Assembly (NCBI GenBank): GCA_041476105.1
Contig: JBGOSS010000009.1
Location: 2,798-66,797 of the forward strand
DNA length: 64,000 bases
Source: Gemmatimonadota bacterium
Lineage (GTDB): Bacteria > Gemmatimonadota > Gemmatimonadetes > Gemmatimonadales > JACORV01
Direction: 5' to 3'
The notes beneath the pieces are model-generated. The model was not told the DNA's origin, ran no database searches, and worked only from the letters and a program-made list of their open reading frames with translations. Positions 59,703 through 64,000 of this stretch are shown here, in pieces. The translations under genes and the position numbers were made by a program. Positions within the stretch are counted from its first letter, which is position 1, and every line of letters begins with the position of its first letter.

Positions 59703-60035
59703 ATGGACGCACTCGTCGTCGAGCAATACGGGTACCTGCTGGCCGTGCTCGTCGGCGCTCTCGCCGCGGGCTCGGTCCTCGTGCTGATCCTCAACGGGCG
59801 CGCCGCGGCAACCAGGGCCGGCGCGGACGAGGCGGCGGTCGCCCGGCCGCGGAATCTTCCGAACGTGATGATGCTGCTCGTCGCGCTTGCGGTCGGCGCC
59901 GGCATCCTGCTGCTGCTGCCCGCGGCGATGGTCCTGCGGTACTTCCCGCATTGGCGGGTGGGCGCGCTCCTGATGGGCGCGGCTGTGATCCTCGGCGCAC
60001 CGCTGCTCTACGCCTGGCGCGCGCGGCCCCGCTGA
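59703..60035 (+). CDS. Diverged NuoA-like 3-TM protein
   Basis: 110 aa, three TMs; LLLPAAMV ~ FLYPWAV and LLYAWR ~ LxYxWxKG; lacks YECG and FDVE. Confidence 0.6.
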   Translation: MDALVVEQYGYLLAVLVGALAAGSVLVLILNGRAAATRAGADEAAVARPRNLPNVMMLLVALAVGAGILLLLPAAMVLRYFPHWRVGALLMGAAVILGAPLLYAWRARPR

Positions 60036-60036
60036 C

Positions 60037-60741
60037 ATGAGCGTCCGCGCACCGCGCGCCGTGACCATCGGCCAGGCCGGGCTGACCGCGGGCGCTCTCG
60101 TCGTGGCGACGCTCGTTCCGCTGGCGCCCGACCAGCCGTTCCCCTCGCTGCCCCTTGGCCTGCTCATCGCCGTCGCGGGGTTCGGCTTCCTCGGCCTCGC
60201 CCTCGCGGCATACGCCGCGGCCGCGGGCGAGCCCGCCAGGGCCGCCGAGCGACTCGATGCGGCCGCGCTCTGGTCCGGCTGCGCCCTCGCCGGACTTGGC
60301 GCCCTCGCCGCCGTGGCCGCGACCGCCGAATCGCTGGAGCCCCTGAACATCGTCCTCGCGCAGCGCAACACCTCGCTCTACGTCGTGAGGCAGCCGGTCG
60401 CGGCGTGGATCTACCTCGTGGCACTTGCGCTCGCCGGCCAGGAGTCGGCGCTTCTCGCGGTGCTCGGCCCGCCGTCCCGGGCGCGGTCCCTCGCGCTGGT
60501 GTCGGTCACCATTTCGCTCGCGGCACTGGGCGCGACGGCCTTCCTGGGCGGATTCGACGGCCCGCATCTGCCCGGGAGCGCCTGGGTCGCGATCAAGACC
60601 GGTGTCGTCGCCCTGGCCGTGATCGCGATCCGCTTCGCGCTGCGCGGCCTGACGGCGGGCGGGCGCCTCGCCATCGCGTGGGCGGCCGCGGGGGTCGGAG
60701 TGCTGAACCTCATCATGACGCTGGCCCTGGCGATGCGGTGA
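60037..60741 (+). CDS. Diverged, shortened NuoH-like membrane protein
   Basis: NIVLAQ...VVRQPVAAWIY and FLGGFDGP.LPG.AW..IKT match NuoH landmarks; N-terminal part and the acidic PFDLxEAExEL loop are absent. Confidence 0.65.
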   Translation: MSVRAPRAVTIGQAGLTAGALVVATLVPLAPDQPFPSLPLGLLIAVAGFGFLGLALAAYAAAAGEPARAAERLDAAALWSGCALAGLGALAAVAATAESLEPLNIVLAQRNTSLYVVRQPVAAWIYLVALALAGQESALLAVLGPPSRARSLALVSVTISLAALGATAFLGGFDGPHLPGSAWVAIKTGVVALAVIAIRFALRGLTAGGRLAIAWAAAGVGVLNLIMTLALAMR

Positions 60742-61235
60742 ACTGGACCGGCGTGGTGTTCGGCGTCTCGATCGCCCTGGCGCTCATCGGCGGAGTGGGC
60801 GCGGCCTTCGCGCAGCGGCCGCGCGCGTCGGTGTATTGCCTCGCCATCGCGATGCTCGGCATCGCGGGCATCTGCCTCGCCCTCGGCAACGATCTGCTGG
60901 CGATTCTCGTCGCCACGGTGCTCGGGGCGGGCGTGCCGTCGGCTTTTCTGGTCGCGCTCCTGCTGGCGCCGGCGCCGGAACCCGACGTGCACGCGGAGCG
61001 GGGGCGCGTCCTGGTAACTCTGGCCGGCATCACCGCCGGCTTCGCGGCACTCGGGTGGCTCCTCAGCCGCACGCCGTGGCTGCCGGCCGGCGGGACGCGG
61101 CAGAACGCCATCGAGTGGTTGGGGTCGCGCTTCCTGACCGACCACCTGCTCACCCTCGATCTGCTGGCGGCGCTCCTCGCGACGGCCGCGCTGGGCGCCG
61201 TGGCCCTGCTGCGGGGCCGGAGCCGGCGCGCGTGA
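60738..61235 (+). CDS. Diverged NuoJ-like membrane protein
   Basis: 165 aa; C-terminal IEWLGSRFLTDHLLTLDLLAALLATAALGAVAL ~ NuoJ IGxxLFTxYLLPFExxSxLLLxAxIGAIxL. Confidence 0.7.
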   Translation: MNWTGVVFGVSIALALIGGVGAAFAQRPRASVYCLAIAMLGIAGICLALGNDLLAILVATVLGAGVPSAFLVALLLAPAPEPDVHAERGRVLVTLAGITAGFAALGWLLSRTPWLPAGGTRQNAIEWLGSRFLTDHLLTLDLLAALLATAALGAVALLRGRSRRA

Positions 61236-61525
61236 CGCTCGACATCGTGGCCGTCGTCGCGGCGCTCCTGCTGCTCCTGGGCCTGGGCGCCACGCTCCTG
61301 CGACGCTCGCTGATCGGGTTCCTGGTCGGGATCGAGCTGGGCACCGGGGCGCTGGTCCTGCTGACCACGGTGCTGTTCGACCTGTCGGGTACCGTGACCA
61401 GCACCGGCCAGGTGATCGCCGCCGCGGCGATCGTGTTCGGTGTCGCCGCCGGGGTGCTGGTGGTCGCCCTCCATCTCGCGGCCGTCAGGGCCGGCCGCCG
61501 GACCGCGGACCTCGAGCCGTGGTGA
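61232..61525 (+). CDS. Diverged NuoK-like membrane protein
   Basis: 97 aa; LGL..TLLRRSLI..LVGIEL and GQVIA match NuoK; the TM3 AAE glutamate is missing. Confidence 0.72.
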   Translation: MTLDIVAVVAALLLLLGLGATLLRRSLIGFLVGIELGTGALVLLTTVLFDLSGTVTSTGQVIAAAAIVFGVAAGVLVVALHLAAVRAGRRTADLEPW

Positions 61526-62202
61526 TGCCGCGCGCCGCGTCCCTGGCCGTCGAGGCCTGTCTCGGCGTCGCGGCGCTGGTGGCGTTCGTCGCCCTCCTCG
61601 CCGGGAGCGCGCGAGCCGGCCGCGCCGCGCGGCGCGCCGCGTGCTGGGGCGCGGCGGCGGCGCTGGTGGCCGCGCTCGCCACCATCACCTCGGACGCCGT
61701 CTGGTTCTTCGAGGCGCTGCGCGTGGACGCCTCCACGCAGGCGATGAAGGCGGTCGTCGCGGCCGGCTTGCTGCTCTCGATGCTCCGGCGCGAGCGCGCC
61801 GGCTTCGCGCAGTCCAGCGCCGTGGGGCCGTTCTTCGCATTGGTGTGCGCGGCCGCGCTGGCGCTGGCGGCCAGCGCCGGGGACCTGCTGGTCCTGTGGA
61901 TCGCGCTCGAGATCGGCAGCGCCGCGCTGCTGATCGCCGTCGCGGCGGGCGGAAGCTGGAGCACGCGCGAAGCCCTGGTGCGGCGGCTGGTCTCATCCTG
62001 GCTGCCCACGTCGCTGGTGCTGTTGCTGGGCACGGTCCTCCTCGCCGCGATCGCCGGCGCCACGCGCTTGGCCGATCTCGAGACCCTGCTCCCGGACCTG
62101 CGTCGCGAGCCCGTCGTGGTGACGGGCATGGTGCTGATCGTCGGCGCCATCTTCGCGCGCGCCGTCCGGTTCGTCGCCATCTTGGCTGGCAGCCCGGGTT
62201 GA
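61522..62202 (+). CDS. Truncated NuoN-like protein (N-terminal half only)
   Basis: LRVDA.T..MK, SAGDLLVLWIALEIGS, STREALVR, LLLGTVLL...AGAT.L follow NuoN; ends where GLxFK (TM7) should begin. Confidence 0.65.
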   Translation: MMPRAASLAVEACLGVAALVAFVALLAGSARAGRAARRAACWGAAAALVAALATITSDAVWFFEALRVDASTQAMKAVVAAGLLLSMLRRERAGFAQSSAVGPFFALVCAAALALAASAGDLLVLWIALEIGSAALLIAVAAGGSWSTREALVRRLVSSWLPTSLVLLLGTVLLAAIAGATRLADLETLLPDLRREPVVVTGMVLIVGAIFARAVRFVAILAGSPG

Positions 62203-62220
62203 TCAGCAGGTGCGCGCTCG

Positions 62221-62264
62221 CCTTCAGCCTTTAGCCTTCAGCCATCAGCCATCAGCCATCAGCC
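62221..62264 (+). repeat. Six tandem heptamers CC(T/A)TYAG
   Basis: CCTTCAG CCTTTAG CCTTCAG CCATCAG CCATCAG CCATCAG CC. Confidence 0.9.
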
Positions 62265-62307
62265 AACTCATGGTTAGCTTCCCTCACCATTTCATCGGAG
62301 AGTCCTG

Positions 62308-62766
62308 ATGCCCCCCGTCGTCGGCCAGCCGGCCCCTGACTTCACCCTGCCATCCACCGCCGGACCAGAGGTCACGCTGTCGAGCTTCCGGGGCAAGGCG
62401 AACGCCCTGGTCGCCTTCTTTCCAGCGGCTTTCACCGGGGTGTGCACGGCCGAGCTCTGTTCGTTCAGCGAGAATCTCGACCGCTTCGCCTCGACCGAGA
62501 CCCAGGTGCTTCCGGTCAGCGTGGACAACGTCCCGTCGCTGAAAGAGTTCAAGGCGAAGGAGAAGATGAAGGTCAACCTGCTGTCGGATTTCAAGCGCCA
62601 GGTTTCCCGCGCCTACGGCGTGCTCGACGAGGACAAGTTCCTCTCGCGGCGCTCGTACTTCCTGGTGGACAAGAGCGGCATGCTGCGCTGGAGCTACGTC
62701 GAGGAGCACAACGGCCTGCGGCGCCCCGACGACGAGCTGATCGCGGAGATCAGGAAACTGCAGTAA
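62308..62766 (+). CDS. Peroxiredoxin (AhpE/BCP-like)
   Basis: GQPAPDFTL, FFPAAFTGVCTAELC (PxxxTxxC), LLSDF, R..FLVDK.G; GGAG RBS. Confidence 0.92.
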   Translation: MPPVVGQPAPDFTLPSTAGPEVTLSSFRGKANALVAFFPAAFTGVCTAELCSFSENLDRFASTETQVLPVSVDNVPSLKEFKAKEKMKVNLLSDFKRQVSRAYGVLDEDKFLSRRSYFLVDKSGMLRWSYVEEHNGLRRPDDELIAEIRKLQ

Positions 62767-62776
62767 TCTCTGCCCC

Positions 62777-64000
62777 ATGACCGCCCCGCTCGACGCCCTC
62801 GCCCGCTCCGACAAATGGTACCTCTCGGCCGGCGAGGGGTTGATCTGGGCGCCGCCGTTCCCGGCGTGGCTCGAGACGCCGGGCTTCTGGGACGAGGCCC
62901 ACCTCTTCGAGTACGCCCTCGCGCCGCTGTTCACCGTGTCGTTCGTGGATGACAACGGCCGCGAAATCCGGCTCCATCCCCGGCCCGGCGAACGGCGCTG
63001 GACGCCGGCCGCGCTCGAGGTGCCCTACTCGACCAACGCGGGGCTGGAGCTGGTCGAGGCCCGCATGGTGCTGCCCGGCTTCGTGCTCGGCAGCGAATGG
63101 CAGATACTCAACGTGGGCGCCCTGCCGATCCGCCTCCATGCGGTCGCGTGGACCACGGCGCCGGGCGAGGAGGTCGAGCCCGGCGAGGTCTCCTTTAACG
63201 AGGCCGAGCTGGAGTGGGCGCGGGTGCTCGAGGACCACAAGGGCCACGCGCTGCCGGTCCAGCTCCAGCTCGCCATGGCGCGCGGCACCGACAGCTGGGG
63301 CGCGGTGCGGGCCGAGCGCACGGCCGACCAGCCGCGCTTCATTCTCACGCCGTTCTGGGATCGCTGGGATCCGCTGCACGCCGGCCTGCGCAGCGCGGCC
63401 GAGCTCGAGGGACTCTCGAACACGGGCCTGGTCTATCTCGGCGTGCACCGCGCCGTGGAGATCGAGCCCGGGGCGACGGCGCGGCTGGCGGTCGCGTTGC
63501 GCGCCGTCCCCGACCTGGTGGAGTCGGCCACGCGGGTCGAGCAGCCGGCGGCCCGCAAGGCGTCGAGCTTCCACGCCGCGAGCCGGGCCTCGTGGGAGAG
63601 CTTCTTCGATTCGGTGCCCGCCTTCCGCTGCTCCGACCCGTACTTCGAGCGCATCTGGTCGTACCGCTGGTACGGGCTGCGGCTCAACGGCATCGCGGCG
63701 GGGTGGGGCAACTACGTTGCGCCGACCGTTGCCGAGGGGATCGGATACTTCCATCAGCCGGTCACCTACAGCGCCCAGTGCCACCTGCGCGAGCTGCGCT
63801 GGTCGAAGGACCCGGAGTGGGCGCGCGGCGTGCTGCGCACCTTCGTCGCGCACCAGAAGCCCGACGGGTCGTTCCACGGCCGCCTGTACGCGAATCACTT
63901 CGACGGTACCGACTTCTACCACGCCGACTGGGGCGGCGCGCTGCGCGCGCTCGACGCGGTACATCCCTCCGACGCCTTTCTGCGCGAGGTGCTGCCGGCG
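62777..64000 (+). CDS. MGH1/GH63-like glycoside hydrolase, 3'-truncated by the window edge
   Basis: Open frame absent from the ORF track (runs off the end): MTAPLDALARSDKWYL...VPAFRCSDPYFERIWSYRWYGLRLN...HLRELRW. Confidence 0.65.
   Translation, partial: MTAPLDALARSDKWYLSAGEGLIWAPPFPAWLETPGFWDEAHLFEYALAPLFTVSFVDDNGREIRLHPRPGERRWTPAALEVPYSTNAGLELVEARMVLPGFVLGSEWQILNVGALPIRLHAVAWTTAPGEEVEPGEVSFNEAELEWARVLEDHKGHALPVQLQLAMARGTDSWGAVRAERTADQPRFILTPFWDRWDPLHAGLRSAAELEGLSNTGLVYLGVHRAVEIEPGATARLAVALRAVPDLVESATRVEQPAARKASSFHAASRASWESFFDSVPAFRCSDPYFERIWSYRWYGLRLNGIAAGWGNYVAPTVAEGIGYFHQPVTYSAQCHLRELRWSKDPEWARGVLRTFVAHQKPDGSFHGRLYANHFDGTDFYHADWGGALRALDAVHPSDAFLREVLPA

Noticed and set aside
59703..62202. 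Ordinary nuo operon, Mrp antiporter or pseudogene remnant
   Set aside because: A NuoH-like gene argues against Mrp; key residues and subunits for complex I are missing; no internal stops or frameshifts seen. Kept as a finding instead.

Overview
High-GC bacterial window, probably Gemmatimonadota-like (inferred from gene content only). From left to right: (i) the end of an integrative element, with a 5'-truncated Toprim/P-loop primase-helicase, a Xer-type tyrosine recombinase, two palindromes built from dif-like XerC and XerD arms, and a start-less Rhs core tip with toxin and putative immunity gene; (ii) a compact type II secretion operon (gspE-G-F-H-I-J-K-L-M-C-D) with a sigma-54 promoter, bracketed by two sensor-less sigma-54 activators; (iii) a peptide-type ABC transporter plus a coupled GHMP kinase/heparinase-like lyase/aminotransferase/amidohydrolase/lgt operon; (iv) alternative complex III (actABCDEF); (v) Ser/Thr kinase-RCC1 and VIT-vWA/ECF sigma/anti-sigma loci and a K+ channel; (vi) a putative ceramide operon (spt, bcerS-like, cerR-like) extended by an Aur1/IPC-synthase-like PAP2 gene; (vii) secreted M6 and S9 peptidases; (viii) tRNA-Ala(UGC) followed by a miniaturised, highly diverged complex I membrane-arm module (nuoA/H/J/K/N'-like) with no redox subunits in the window, and a second NuoN-like fragment upstream; (ix) a peroxiredoxin and a 3'-truncated glycoside hydrolase. 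The best candidates for undescribed systems are the Xer/Rhs element with split dif-arm palindromes, the mini-Nuo module and the ceramide + Aur1-like operon. All calls come from motif recognition by eye; no searches were run.
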